Part shown: positions 38,858-48,240 of the stretch, in pieces | How positions within the stretch are numbered: the stretch's first letter is position 1 | Layout of the letters: the number at the start of each line of letters is the position of its first letter | From: a virus | Lineage: Duplodnaviria > Caudoviricetes | Length of the DNA stretch: 64,000 nt | Strand: one strand, 5' to 3' | Virus record (IMG/VR): IMGVR_UViG_3300021060_000040 | Location: 54,227-118,226 of that record | Made by a program: the position numbers and the translations under genes | Notes under the pieces: model-generated | Databases searched by the model: none | What the model was told of the DNA's origin: nothing | Seen by the model: the letters and a program-made list of their open reading frames with translations, nothing else

Positions 38858-41800
38858 TCAGGTGAGTTCCGGCTCCATATCATGCGCCCGAAAGTTGCGG
38901 GCTTCGGACACATGCCGCTGGAGGAGGTTCGCGATCTCCTGCGGAGACTGGTTTCCGGCGTGGATGGTGACCGGTGCGTGGATGGTCGTGGTGTTGCCGC
39001 CGTCACCCGCGCCATCCTGTGAGCGGGATGGCTTGCCGGATGCTGGCTTCATCTGATCGGCGAGACCCTCGGCCGAAGGTTTGCTGCCACCGGCTCCGGC
39101 CAAGGCTTCTGGCGATGGCTTCAGGGCGGAGGTCGGATTGGCTGAGCCGCCGAACTTCCTTGCAAATCCCTCGGCCAGGGCGCCGCGCTTGGCCCGCTCA
39201 TCCAGTTTGGGCCGCTCGAAGTTCTTGACGAAGGCGCCCCCGGCCTCGCGGGCCGAGATGCCCGGCGTCTGCAGGATCTTGAGTGCCCGCCGCGCTCCGG
39301 CGTCCCCGTGGTTCATCTCCCACCAGGCGCCTTCGAGCTGCTTCTCGAAGCTGGCCGTGCTCATGTTGATGCCGGTGGCGGCCAGGATCTGGGCGCGCCG
39401 ATCGGCATGGTGCTGGAACAGGCCGTGCGCCTTGCCGCCGTCGCCGCGGGAGTTCGGCGTGAAGTTCGACTCGACTTTCATCGACGCCAGGATGCCGGCA
39501 GTCGCCTCCTCGCTCAGGCCCTTCGACCTGAAGAAGTCATGCGCCGCCTTGGCCCGCGCCGCCACGTCGCCTTTCATCGCCGGATCGGTGACACCGTCGC
39601 CGATGCCATCACCGAAGCGGTTGCTCCCGGAGCCGTACCAGCCCGGCACTTCCATGCCGGCATGGCCGCCGCCGCCGGCGCCGCCGCCGGCGATCGCGCC
39701 GTCCGGTGCCGTCAGGCCGCCGAACCCCGCCAAGCCGCCGAAGCTGGCGAGCTGAGCGCGAGTTCCGCTATCCAGCGCGGTGGCGGTCCGGGCGGTGTTG
39801 CGCACCACCTCGTCGAGCGGATTGAAGGCTGCGTTGTGGAGGAGCTTTTGATAGGCCCCGGCCGGGTTGCCGTCAGGGCTGTTGTAGCTCTGGCGATGGA
39901 TGGTGGCCGGCGAGTCCTGGCTCGATGATTGTTCCTTATCCCGCTGCGCCTTCGCCCATTCGCCGAGCTGCCGCATCATCCGATCTTTGTCCTCCTTGGA
40001 CTGATCCATGGTGAGCGGCATGGCGATCGCGGGCAGGTACCGGAGAAGGCCGCGGAGCCAGCCTGTCGCACCACCTGCCGGTGCGCCTGGTTTCGGGAGG
40101 CCTTCACTGGGGGCGGCATCTGTCGGAGAGGCCGGCGGCTTCCCGGCGATCCGTCCAGCGACCTCCTTGAGGCCGCCGAAGCCGAAGTACTTGAGGACAT
40201 TGTCCAGCAAGCCCACAGCAGCCAAGAGACCTCCGATGCCGTCCTTGACGAAGTCGAAGACCGAGAGGGCCGGCTTCAGCGCGAGAAGCGCCAACGAGAA
40301 GCCGATGATTTCACCCACGAGCTTGCCGATCGCTTTGGCGCTCGACGTATCGTAGCCGAATACCTTCAGCACACGGGCGATCCCCTCGAAGATCCCCTTC
40401 ACGACCTCCCAGGTGGTCTTGAGACCTTCGGCCAAGCCCTGGCCGAAGTCGCCGGCAGCTTGGATGTGTTTGACAAAACCGTCGCCGTTCCCGAACGCGT
40501 CCGCGAGCAGGTCGCCAAGGTGGTTGTAGCCGAAGCCCTTGATCGCACCCGTCAGGAAGGAGTCGACGTACTTGGAGAATCCGCCCTCTCGCAGGTGATC
40601 GGCAAAGCCGGCGAACCAATGTTCGAACTCGTCAGCGAAGGGCTTGAACGCGTCGCCGATCGTAGCCTGAAGCGCCTTCCAGGAGGCATTGATCACATCG
40701 ATGACGTGCAGCCAGCCCTCAAGGTGAATGTCCCACTTCTCATCGGTGAACCGATGGCCCTCGGACTTGTCGCTTTCTAAATTGGCAACGCGCCGGGCTT
40801 CGTCCATCGTATGCGGCTTACCGCCCATGCCGGCATAGATCTGTCCGAATTGGGCACCGAAGAACGCATTCGCGATCTGCGCCTGCGTCATCTTATTTGG
40901 AATTGCACCGAGACGTTTATTGAACTCAAATATTTCTTCTGGGTTCTTATCGAATTTAGCAATGATAGCTTCAAGAGAACCGTACTTGAGAAGACGGGGC
41001 GCTTCGTCCTGGAGGAATCTTTCATCCTCGGTCAGCCGGTGGCCGGGACGTTCCATATGCCGAAGGGTCTTCGGAAGCAGATAGATCATGTCCATCTGGT
41101 GCTTGAGCGCGTGGACAGCCTGCTGCGCTTCGGCGCCGGCGCCGATCGCCGAGGCACCGTAGGCGAGCGAGGCCTGAGGGCTGAGGCCGAACTTGCCGCC
41201 GGTTTCAATGCCTGTCCGTGCGAACGACATCATCGCCTGTGAGGTCGCGACCGATTTGCCGCCGAGCGCGGCGGCAATGTTGGCCTGGCGCTCGAACTCG
41301 GCGAAGGCTTCTTTGGGCTTATCCTTGAATCTAGGGTCGCCGAACACCCTCGTGCCGAGATAACCAAGATCCTGCGTGGTCTCCTTGACATTCAGACCCA
41401 TCAGCGTCGCGATTTTGGTAGACAGAACCGCGGAGTTGAGCATCTGCTCTTTCGGAATACCTGTCTTCGCTGCCTCTTTCGCCGAATCGATCATCGTTGC
41501 CGGATCGACGCCCAGCTCGATGCCTTTGCGGGTCGCCTCAGTCCGAAGCTTTTTCGCTTCCTCCTTGGTCATGTCGCCGTTGATCCGAGCGTCGATCAGG
41601 GCGGTATCGACCGCGACGGCGTCCCGGATCGCAGAACGCGCGGCTACGGTCGCAGCGCCCCCGACCCCGGCCGCCATGAAAGCCGGCGATGACATAAAGC
41701 CGCGCTGAGCAGCACGGTTAATCATCCTTCCGGGCGTATTCGCCAAATCGCGAGCGTGCTGTAGCGCCTCTTTCCGCGCACGCTTGTAGTGTCGATCCAG

Positions 41801-42361
41801 GTTATCCAGCCGACGCTTCTCTCTCTTATCCTCGCGTTCGGATTCCTGTGCGAGATCGCGGGCCGCCCGCATCTTCACCCGCATGATGCGATCTTGGAGA
41901 TCGTAGACGCGGCGCTCTGCCGATTCCCGCTGATTGCTGCTACGGGCCCAGACGCGCTCGACCGCCGTCATGCGGGCAATCGTCTCTTGGAGGCCCTTGA
42001 CCTGGCCCTTGCTGAGCGACTCGCCGGCCTTGGCAGCTTCCCGCATCTGCAGGAGGTAGCCGCCCAGCCGCTTGTTCAGTTTGTCCCAGCCATCGAGGCT
42101 GAGGCGGTTGCTACGATACTCCGCGTTGGCCCAGGTGCGAGCTCGAGCCTGAGCTGCCTGCATGCCCCGGGAGTACTTTTCGATAGCATCCGTTGTCTCC
42201 TTCGAGAACAGCCGCTGGGTATCCAGGGGGTTCTTGAATTTGGACAGCTTCTCGATGGTTTTCTGGGCGTCTTCGAGGCTCCGCTTCAGTCGAGCGACAG
42301 CTTCCGCGGCGCGACCCTCGACGGTCAGGAGGATCTTCGCCTCGGTGGTCTGTTCGGACAT
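38858..42361 (-). CDS. Tape measure protein with C-terminal tail-lysozyme domain
   Basis: Long helical ORF after the chaperone; GLS..ATAGIL.....ES.F.P...GD.G.AHGLFQ...R...FERP. Confidence 0.9.
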   Translation of the reverse strand: MSEQTTEAKILLTVEGRAAEAVARLKRSLEDAQKTIEKLSKFKNPLDTQRLFSKETTDAIEKYSRGMQAAQARARTWANAEYRSNRLSLDGWDKLNKRLGGYLLQMREAAKAGESLSKGQVKGLQETIARMTAVERVWARSSNQRESAERRVYDLQDRIMRVKMRAARDLAQESEREDKREKRRLDNLDRHYKRARKEALQHARDLANTPGRMINRAAQRGFMSSPAFMAAGVGGAATVAARSAIRDAVAVDTALIDARINGDMTKEEAKKLRTEATRKGIELGVDPATMIDSAKEAAKTGIPKEQMLNSAVLSTKIATLMGLNVKETTQDLGYLGTRVFGDPRFKDKPKEAFAEFERQANIAAALGGKSVATSQAMMSFARTGIETGGKFGLSPQASLAYGASAIGAGAEAQQAVHALKHQMDMIYLLPKTLRHMERPGHRLTEDERFLQDEAPRLLKYGSLEAIIAKFDKNPEEIFEFNKRLGAIPNKMTQAQIANAFFGAQFGQIYAGMGGKPHTMDEARRVANLESDKSEGHRFTDEKWDIHLEGWLHVIDVINASWKALQATIGDAFKPFADEFEHWFAGFADHLREGGFSKYVDSFLTGAIKGFGYNHLGDLLADAFGNGDGFVKHIQAAGDFGQGLAEGLKTTWEVVKGIFEGIARVLKVFGYDTSSAKAIGKLVGEIIGFSLALLALKPALSVFDFVKDGIGGLLAAVGLLDNVLKYFGFGGLKEVAGRIAGKPPASPTDAAPSEGLPKPGAPAGGATGWLRGLLRYLPAIAMPLTMDQSKEDKDRMMRQLGEWAKAQRDKEQSSSQDSPATIHRQSYNSPDGNPAGAYQKLLHNAAFNPLDEVVRNTARTATALDSGTRAQLASFGGLAGFGGLTAPDGAIAGGGAGGGGHAGMEVPGWYGSGSNRFGDGIGDGVTDPAMKGDVAARAKAAHDFFRSKGLSEEATAGILASMKVESNFTPNSRGDGGKAHGLFQHHADRRAQILAATGINMSTASFEKQLEGAWWEMNHGDAGARRALKILQTPGISAREAGGAFVKNFERPKLDERAKRGALAEGFARKFGGSANPTSALKPSPEALAGAGGSKPSAEGLADQMKPASGKPSRSQDGAGDGGNTTTIHAPVTIHAGNQSPQEIANLLQRHVSEARNFRAHDMEPELT

Positions 42362-42398
42362 ACCTCTCTCCGCCTTCGGCACAAAGAGGCGGTCGGAA

Positions 42399-42578
42399 TT
42401 ACTTGTTCCGACGCGCCTCAGCTTCTCTTTTGGTCGTAATCTCTATTGTGTCGGCAAGCAGACAGAATTCATCGAAATCGAGATCGTCGACGTCCTGCAT
42501 CGACCAGTGCCAACGCTCGAACATCGGGATTGCGTCGATCAGGATTCGCTGGAGGCGCTCGCCATTTCCTGCAAAAAA
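42399..42578 (-). CDS. -1 frameshift extension (GpE'-like)
   Basis: Slippery T-TTT-TTG at 42572-42578; the -1 frame reads ...IDAIPMFERWHWSMQDVDDLDFDEF...RRNK*. Confidence 0.8.
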   Translation of the reverse strand, partial: FFAGNGERLQRILIDAIPMFERWHWSMQDVDDLDFDEFCLLADTIEITTKREAEARRNK

Positions 42579-42823
42579 GCCTCGAAGCGATCCTTCATCG
42601 GGCCGAAGTCAGCGAGGTCGAGCTCCTGGACAACCTTTTCGTCCACCTCACAGAGGTCGGCGACGGCGCGCTCCATTGCGACGATGGTGTCCTTCTCGAC
42701 TTCCTTCGAAAACTTCTTCAGGTCTCGCAGCTTGGGGCGGCGCATCTCGAACTTTTCGTAGCGGTCGCCGCGGAACTCGAACGGGTACTTGAGTTCAAAA
42801 ACGGTGTTGGTATCGTTGGTCAC
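42539..42823 (-). CDS. Tail assembly chaperone (GpE-like)
   Basis: L.YP...MRRPK.RD...LDLADF; between tube and tape measure. Confidence 0.85.
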   Translation of the reverse strand: MTNDTNTVFELKYPFEFRGDRYEKFEMRRPKLRDLKKFSKEVEKDTIVAMERAVADLCEVDEKVVQELDLADFGPMKDRFEAFLQEMASASSES

Positions 42824-42852
42824 GGTTATTCTTCTTGTTGTTGTTTAAAATG

Positions 42853-42880
42853 AAAAAGGCCCGGCGCTGTGGCCGGGCCT
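42853..42880 (-). terminator. Intrinsic terminator after the tail tube gene
   Basis: AGGCCCGGC/GCCGGGCCT followed by a T-tract. Confidence 0.7.
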
Positions 42881-42907
42881 CGAAATCGATTGATCAGCGG
42901 CGCTCGA

Positions 42908-43438
42908 TTAGAGCGTCATTCCAAGGTATTGCCGGGCCTGCTTGGTCTTGGAGACGCCGTTGATCCGGTATTCCTTGTCGAAGACCGAGACATACTCGAT
43001 CTCCTTGTCGTTGACGTAGTGGCCGTAGGTGTGGGCCACGCAGTGAACGGTGAGATCGGTTTTCTTGCCGACCGCGACCTTGGCGGGCTGGATCTGCTTG
43101 ATCAGCGACAGCGTCTTGATCTTGACGCTACCCTCATTCATGAATGGAGTTTTCAGGTAGCCCTTGAACTCGATGGGACAGTCGAGTTCGCCGGGACCGT
43201 AGCCCATGTTCTGGAAGATCTCGGCGTCCCAGGTATGGAGCTCGAAATCAAACTCGATTTTTTCGATGCCGAACGGGATTTCGACGGTGCCGTCCATGCC
43301 GCCGCCGCGGAAATCCTCGACCTGCAGCTTGATGTTGGGGGGCTGGAAGCCGGGAGACTCGCCGATCTTGCCCTTACCATTGATCCACACGGTAAAGTCC
43401 GTGAGGATGTATGAATCCCTCAGATACGTGCTGGCCAT
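42908..43438 (-). CDS. Major tail tube protein (P2 FII-like)
   Basis: PP.I....EDFRGGGMDG...G.EK.E...NGV. Confidence 0.92.
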   Translation of the reverse strand: MASTYLRDSYILTDFTVWINGKGKIGESPGFQPPNIKLQVEDFRGGGMDGTVEIPFGIEKIEFDFELHTWDAEIFQNMGYGPGELDCPIEFKGYLKTPFMNEGSVKIKTLSLIKQIQPAKVAVGKKTDLTVHCVAHTYGHYVNDKEIEYVSVFDKEYRINGVSKTKQARQYLGMTL

Positions 43439-43522
43439 TTTCTTTTCTTGTTATTGGCGCAACGCAGACAGGCCGGGGATTTAAGCCCGGCCTGTCGTTG
43501 CTTGATGCTTGATGCTTGCTGA

Positions 43523-43540
43523 TTGCGCGAAGTCGCGCAA
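43523..43540. promoter_or_regulatory. Palindromic TTGCGCGA motif
   Basis: TTGCGCGA-AG-TCGCGCAA; adjacent 11-bp-stem hairpin at 43467-43496. Confidence 0.6.
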
Positions 43541-43543
43541 ACG

Positions 43544-44983
43544 TCAGTTGTTGACGCCCGACACCTGCGAGGCAAAATCCTCGATGAAGTCGGTGTAGTA
43601 GGCGGGGTTGCGCCGGGCCTGGAAGATCAGGTGCTCCAGCGGCGCCGGCGGTTCGAGGTCGAAGTCGACGTACAGCTCACCGGCCAGGAGCGTGTCCTTC
43701 GTGTTGACGTAGGGATCGATCTTGCACTTGCCGCCGATCAGGGCGCCGCGGCGCTTCAGGGTCAGCAGGTAGGCGTTGACCGAGTCCTCGATCGAGGACA
43801 GCAGCGTCGAGCCGAAGGGCTTGTCCAGGAACGCTCTATGCGCCTGCTCGAGGCTCTCGTAGATGGCGTCGGCGGTGCGGCGGACTGCCAGGAACGACCA
43901 CTGGAGATCCTGCGCCGTGGACCGCAGGCCCCAGAAGCGGAAGCCATCATCATGGATGATGGTCGTGATCTCGTTCTCGTTGAGCTGGTTGGCCTCGGCG
44001 TCCGCGTCCGAGTACATGAAGTCGACGGGCCGCGAGGGGCCACCGATGTTCAGGATCTCGTGGTTCGAGAACGAGAACCAGAAGCCCTCTTCACGATCGA
44101 TGCGGGCCTGGAGGCCGGCGGCATAGGCAGAGGCGGGCCGGACCACATAGTCGGAGATGGCGCTGTCGTAGACGAGCACCCCCGGATCCAGGATCATGAC
44201 CCGGTCGGAGCCGAAGTCGTTGCGGTAGGCGACGGCGTCTTCGTAGGAGGTGCCCGGGCCATCCACGAACGCCACGGCGCGGAGGCGCTTGGTCACCGCC
44301 TCGATCGCCTTGGCGACCGGGTTGGGTACGGTGCCGAGCGTGGTCTTGACCGTCGCACCGGTACCGGCACCGGAGATCGTACCGGCGGGCGCCGTCTTGT
44401 ACCCGTAGCCCGGGTCAGTGATGGTGATGCCGGTCACTTGGCCGCCAACCACTTGGACGGTACCCTGAGCGGTGCGCCCGCCAGCCGGCGCGGCCTCGAA
44501 GTCGAGCTTGGTGGTTCCGGCGGCGTAGTTGGCGCCTTGGGTGGCCACCACGGCCGACACGATGCCGTTGCCCGGCCGGGCGGCGGTCAAGCCGGGAGCC
44601 GCGAGCAGCTTCGGGACGACCTTGAGCATCGCCCGGGCTTTGAGCAGCGCCCAGACGCCGGTTTTCGCAGTGACGGAGCCGACGGCGTTGGACCAGGTCT
44701 CGCGCTCGTTGGCACCTTCCGCGACGCGCACGACCACGACGGTGGCCGAACCCTGCGAGTAGACGGCGTTCACTGCGTCGAGCAGGGTACCCTTGATGCC
44801 GAGCTTCTGTGCCTTGGCCGGATCGGCGAACAGGGCGACCGGGGTATTGAGGGGAAAGAGGTTCGCGTCGGCGAGAGGCGCGGTGCCGACGAGGCCGATG
44901 ACCGAGGTCTTGATCGTCCGAACAGGACGCAGGCCATCGGAGAGCTCGATGGTCTCGAGCCCGTGCAGGTAGTGAACAGCCAC
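43544..44983 (-). CDS. Tail sheath protein (P2 FI-like)
   Basis: YLHG.E..E...G.RP...TSVIGLVGTAP, GFW.S.SN, GFR.WG.R, P.E.L.F. Confidence 0.95.
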   Translation of the reverse strand: MAVHYLHGLETIELSDGLRPVRTIKTSVIGLVGTAPLADANLFPLNTPVALFADPAKAQKLGIKGTLLDAVNAVYSQGSATVVVVRVAEGANERETWSNAVGSVTAKTGVWALLKARAMLKVVPKLLAAPGLTAARPGNGIVSAVVATQGANYAAGTTKLDFEAAPAGGRTAQGTVQVVGGQVTGITITDPGYGYKTAPAGTISGAGTGATVKTTLGTVPNPVAKAIEAVTKRLRAVAFVDGPGTSYEDAVAYRNDFGSDRVMILDPGVLVYDSAISDYVVRPASAYAAGLQARIDREEGFWFSFSNHEILNIGGPSRPVDFMYSDADAEANQLNENEITTIIHDDGFRFWGLRSTAQDLQWSFLAVRRTADAIYESLEQAHRAFLDKPFGSTLLSSIEDSVNAYLLTLKRRGALIGGKCKIDPYVNTKDTLLAGELYVDFDLEPPAPLEHLIFQARRNPAYYTDFIEDFASQVSGVNN

Positions 44984-45014
44984 TTTTTCTTCTTTCTTAT
45001 TGGCCGAAAACGAC

Positions 45015-45041
45015 AAAAGCCGCCTTGGCTGGGGCGGCTTT
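45015..45041 (-). terminator. Terminator-like hairpin (possibly bidirectional)
   Basis: AAAAGCCGCC...GGCGGCTTT. Confidence 0.6.
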
Positions 45042-45152
45042 CTGGAGTTTTACAGGTGGTATAGGCTTAGATTTCCGACAATTTGGCCGGATTTAAGTGT
45101 TGATCAGGATCGCGACACCTTTTGTGGAGGGGTCTTTTTTGTGCTCTCATCA

Positions 45153-47483
45153 CTAAGATGCGGCGCCACAAGTCACCCACCCTTGATTGGCGAAGTACAG
45201 TTGAAATCCGCGGTACCGAAGAAAACCCGGGGCGCCACCGGTTTGACCATCCGCAGTTTGGAAGCGCCAAGTCCAGTAATCGCAGCTCATGGAGTGGGGG
45301 CCGAACGGGCTAATGAAGCCGCCTGATCCGGGTCTGTCGTTGCAGGATATGTCGCCCGCATGGACCCACCGGCCACTTGTGGCGCACTGATTGCGGCCCC
45401 ACTCGGCCCAAGCCTGCCCTCGTGCCTCGATGCGGCTGTTCAGGCTGCCACCCAGGATCGGGACATTTATGTCGCCCCCCGTGGTGAAGCCGAAGTATTT
45501 GTCCGCGGTCACATTGTGGATGTAGAACGTCGCATCACCACCGACGACCAGCCGGCTCGTGCCGACCTTGTTCCGGGTGATGTACAGGTTCCGATCTCCA
45601 TCGCCGACCAGGGTGAGATCGCCGGTCATCGTACCGCCGGCGATCGGCACGGCGGCGCTGTTGGCGGCCTTGTTGTCGATGTATGTCTTCAGATCCCCGA
45701 GCTGACCGGTCGCGACATCGCCGGACGGGCCGATGCTAAGCATCGAAGCAGCGTCGGATCCCCGCAGGAAATGGAAACGCGCGTCTTCCCTGACCTGCTG
45801 GTACCAATTGTACTTGTTCGGATACTGAAAATTGATCGTCGGGTAGTCGTAGTTTATATTGAGGCGACCACTCATCGCCCCGCCGGCCGTCGGCACAGCC
45901 GTTCCGACCCCGCTGTCGATGTAGGTCTTCAGGTCGCCGAACTGCTTGGTCCAGATATCGCCAGCGATACCAACGCTGAATTTATCCTCGTTGACCCAGT
46001 AGCGAAGCCGATCATCAACGTTGTAGGTGAGGAAGGTGTTTTTGCCGTTTCTGGAGTTGTATGCCACATAGCCATCGGCGCCAGCAGCGACAAAATGCTC
46101 GACAGTAACGCTTCCAGTGAATGTGCCACCCGACTTCGGCATGAGGCCGGTGAGGTCGAGGTTGCCGGCATGCCAGATCTGGTTGCCGTTGATCGTCGGG
46201 AAATTTCCAATGAAGTCGAAATGGCCAATCTCGGCGGATATGGCGATCGTCGTCCCATCGCCCCAGCCGAGATACCCATGGCGCTGGCCGTCCTTGTTTC
46301 TGAACTCGACGTAGCCCGACTTGTCTTTTGTGCCTCCTATGAGCGCAGACCAGCCGCTGCCTGCATCCGGCCGTACGGCAATACCGCCGGTGAACGTGGC
46401 CCCGGCAAGCTGCGCCGCGCCGACGATGCGGGCGTCGTCGCCGGCGGCGAAGGTCCCCGAGGCCGTCCCTGCGAGCACGCCGATATTCTTGCGGGCGCGG
46501 GCCTTGTCGACACTCCCTAGCGCCTGATCCTTGTCGTAAACGACAGCGCCCATTGGCTCACCCATATCACCGCGCGGGATGACGAAGCTGAGCTTCTGGT
46601 TCGGAGCCGAGCCGTCGATGGTGACGCTCGCATTCGATCCGGGCACACCCGTAAGAACCGAGTCGATGGTGAGCGTGTTGGCGGGGCCGGTCTGCCCAGT
46701 GGGGCCGATGGGGCCTCTGGGTCCTGTCTCGCCCGTGGGCCCCTGTTCGCCCCTCGCGCCGGTGTCGCCCTTGAGCCCTCTTTCGCCCTGGATGCCTTGG
46801 ATGCCCTGGATACCTTGGATGCCCTGGATCCCTGGCTCACCCCTGGCGACGATCAGCACCCACTTGCCGGCCTTGAAATCGTCGGCGAAGACGGCTGCAA
46901 TGTGAGGCTTGACGCAGAGGTAGGAGGCGCCGTCGATGCTCGCGACCGACGCCGGAGCGTCCGACTGATAGGGAAGGTTGGCAGCCCAGGGACGAGGGAC
47001 ACCCCAGGAGCTGGGGCCGGGCGGGCCCTGCTTGCCTTCCGGCCCTTGGTCACCCTTCGCCCCGGTAGCACCTGGCTCCCCCGGTTTTCCGGGTTGGCCT
47101 GGATCACCCTTCTGGCCTTGCGACCCGCGAAGGCCGGGTTCGCCCTGGGGCCCGGGATTCCCGGTTGCGCCGACCGGTCCGACGGAACCTGTCTTGCCGG
47201 GCATTCCCATCAGCGCGGGGAACAGATTGATCAGCTCGGCGATCGTGACGGTCCGCTCCACCTTGCCGATGGTCAAGGTGACGGTCGTGTTGCCTTCGGT
47301 GATCGGGATCGTGGCCGGCGCCACCACGGGTTCCGAGTTCTGAGACGCATCCTCGATCTGCTCGGCATGCAGCAAATACTTGGCCTGAGCGCCCGACAGA
47401 TAGAGGATCGCGTTTCGGGAGTAATGATCCTCGCCGATGTAAATTCCGTGCGCCGACAGCACCTTGTAGGGCTTGATAGCCAA
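45153..47483 (-). CDS. Tail fibre with collagen-like repeats
   Basis: Two GXY tracts, GGTMTGDL-type repeats, C-terminal tip domain. Confidence 0.88.
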   Translation of the reverse strand: MAIKPYKVLSAHGIYIGEDHYSRNAILYLSGAQAKYLLHAEQIEDASQNSEPVVAPATIPITEGNTTVTLTIGKVERTVTIAELINLFPALMGMPGKTGSVGPVGATGNPGPQGEPGLRGSQGQKGDPGQPGKPGEPGATGAKGDQGPEGKQGPPGPSSWGVPRPWAANLPYQSDAPASVASIDGASYLCVKPHIAAVFADDFKAGKWVLIVARGEPGIQGIQGIQGIQGIQGERGLKGDTGARGEQGPTGETGPRGPIGPTGQTGPANTLTIDSVLTGVPGSNASVTIDGSAPNQKLSFVIPRGDMGEPMGAVVYDKDQALGSVDKARARKNIGVLAGTASGTFAAGDDARIVGAAQLAGATFTGGIAVRPDAGSGWSALIGGTKDKSGYVEFRNKDGQRHGYLGWGDGTTIAISAEIGHFDFIGNFPTINGNQIWHAGNLDLTGLMPKSGGTFTGSVTVEHFVAAGADGYVAYNSRNGKNTFLTYNVDDRLRYWVNEDKFSVGIAGDIWTKQFGDLKTYIDSGVGTAVPTAGGAMSGRLNINYDYPTINFQYPNKYNWYQQVREDARFHFLRGSDAASMLSIGPSGDVATGQLGDLKTYIDNKAANSAAVPIAGGTMTGDLTLVGDGDRNLYITRNKVGTSRLVVGGDATFYIHNVTADKYFGFTTGGDINVPILGGSLNSRIEARGQAWAEWGRNQCATSGRWVHAGDISCNDRPGSGGFISPFGPHSMSCDYWTWRFQTADGQTGGAPGFLRYRGFQLYFANQGWVTCGAAS

Positions 47484-47557
47484 GAGTTCCTCCGCACGAA
47501 TGCGCTGACCGTCGGCTTTAACCGCGAGCCAGATCGTTATTATTTGTTTTTTGGGCC

Positions 47558-48226
47558 CTAGATTTTTGCCGCGGCGTCAAACAAAGCATCGAAACCGTTG
47601 TCGATTTCGTTGTGATTGCTGTCTAATTTCAGCAGATCGAGCTCCGTAGCGATGGCCCGCACGTACGGATCTTTCTTCAGCCAGTTGTTGGCGTTCTCGT
47701 AAAAGATCTTCACCGGTCGATACGGGTAGGCGGAGATGACGGACTCGACTTTGTCGAGCAGAGTTTTTCCGTCTGAGGTTTTGGTGTTGAACAGTGCGGT
47801 TTTGGCCTGCGCAGCGCTCACCATAACACCCATGCTTGGGAGTTGCGGCGGCTGCGGCTGACCGGAGAATGTCAACGTGTCCGGGTGAAATGTGAGCCAC
47901 GCGAGGAGGTTGTGTGGCTTCTTTTCCGCAGGGTCGATCCCCAGGACTTCGATGAGCCGCTGATTGAACGGAAAAATCATCGTCGGATCCCGGAATACCG
48001 ATCCGACAGTCTCCACCGCGGTATCCGGAGCAGCAATAGTATTGGCGACAATTGCGTCCTTGCCGAATGGCTTTGTCTTCAAATACTCGTAGAAATCGAC
48101 CCCATCGTTGTCACGCCGAAGAAAGACGATCGCGCCACCGATTACGGAAGCGGATATGGCCCATTCAGGCATCGGGTCTGGGGTGTATGGCTTCCAGACG
48201 CCATGATCCTTAATCGTGTATGTCAT
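47558..48226 (-). CDS. Tail fibre assembly/associated protein
   Basis: Between the two fibres; VS..Q...AL...D.LF..AA.I C-terminal pattern. Confidence 0.65.
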   Translation of the reverse strand: MTYTIKDHGVWKPYTPDPMPEWAISASVIGGAIVFLRRDNDGVDFYEYLKTKPFGKDAIVANTIAAPDTAVETVGSVFRDPTMIFPFNQRLIEVLGIDPAEKKPHNLLAWLTFHPDTLTFSGQPQPPQLPSMGVMVSAAQAKTALFNTKTSDGKTLLDKVESVISAYPYRPVKIFYENANNWLKKDPYVRAIATELDLLKLDSNHNEIDNGFDALFDAAAKI

Positions 48227-48240
48227 TTATTTGTTATTTC

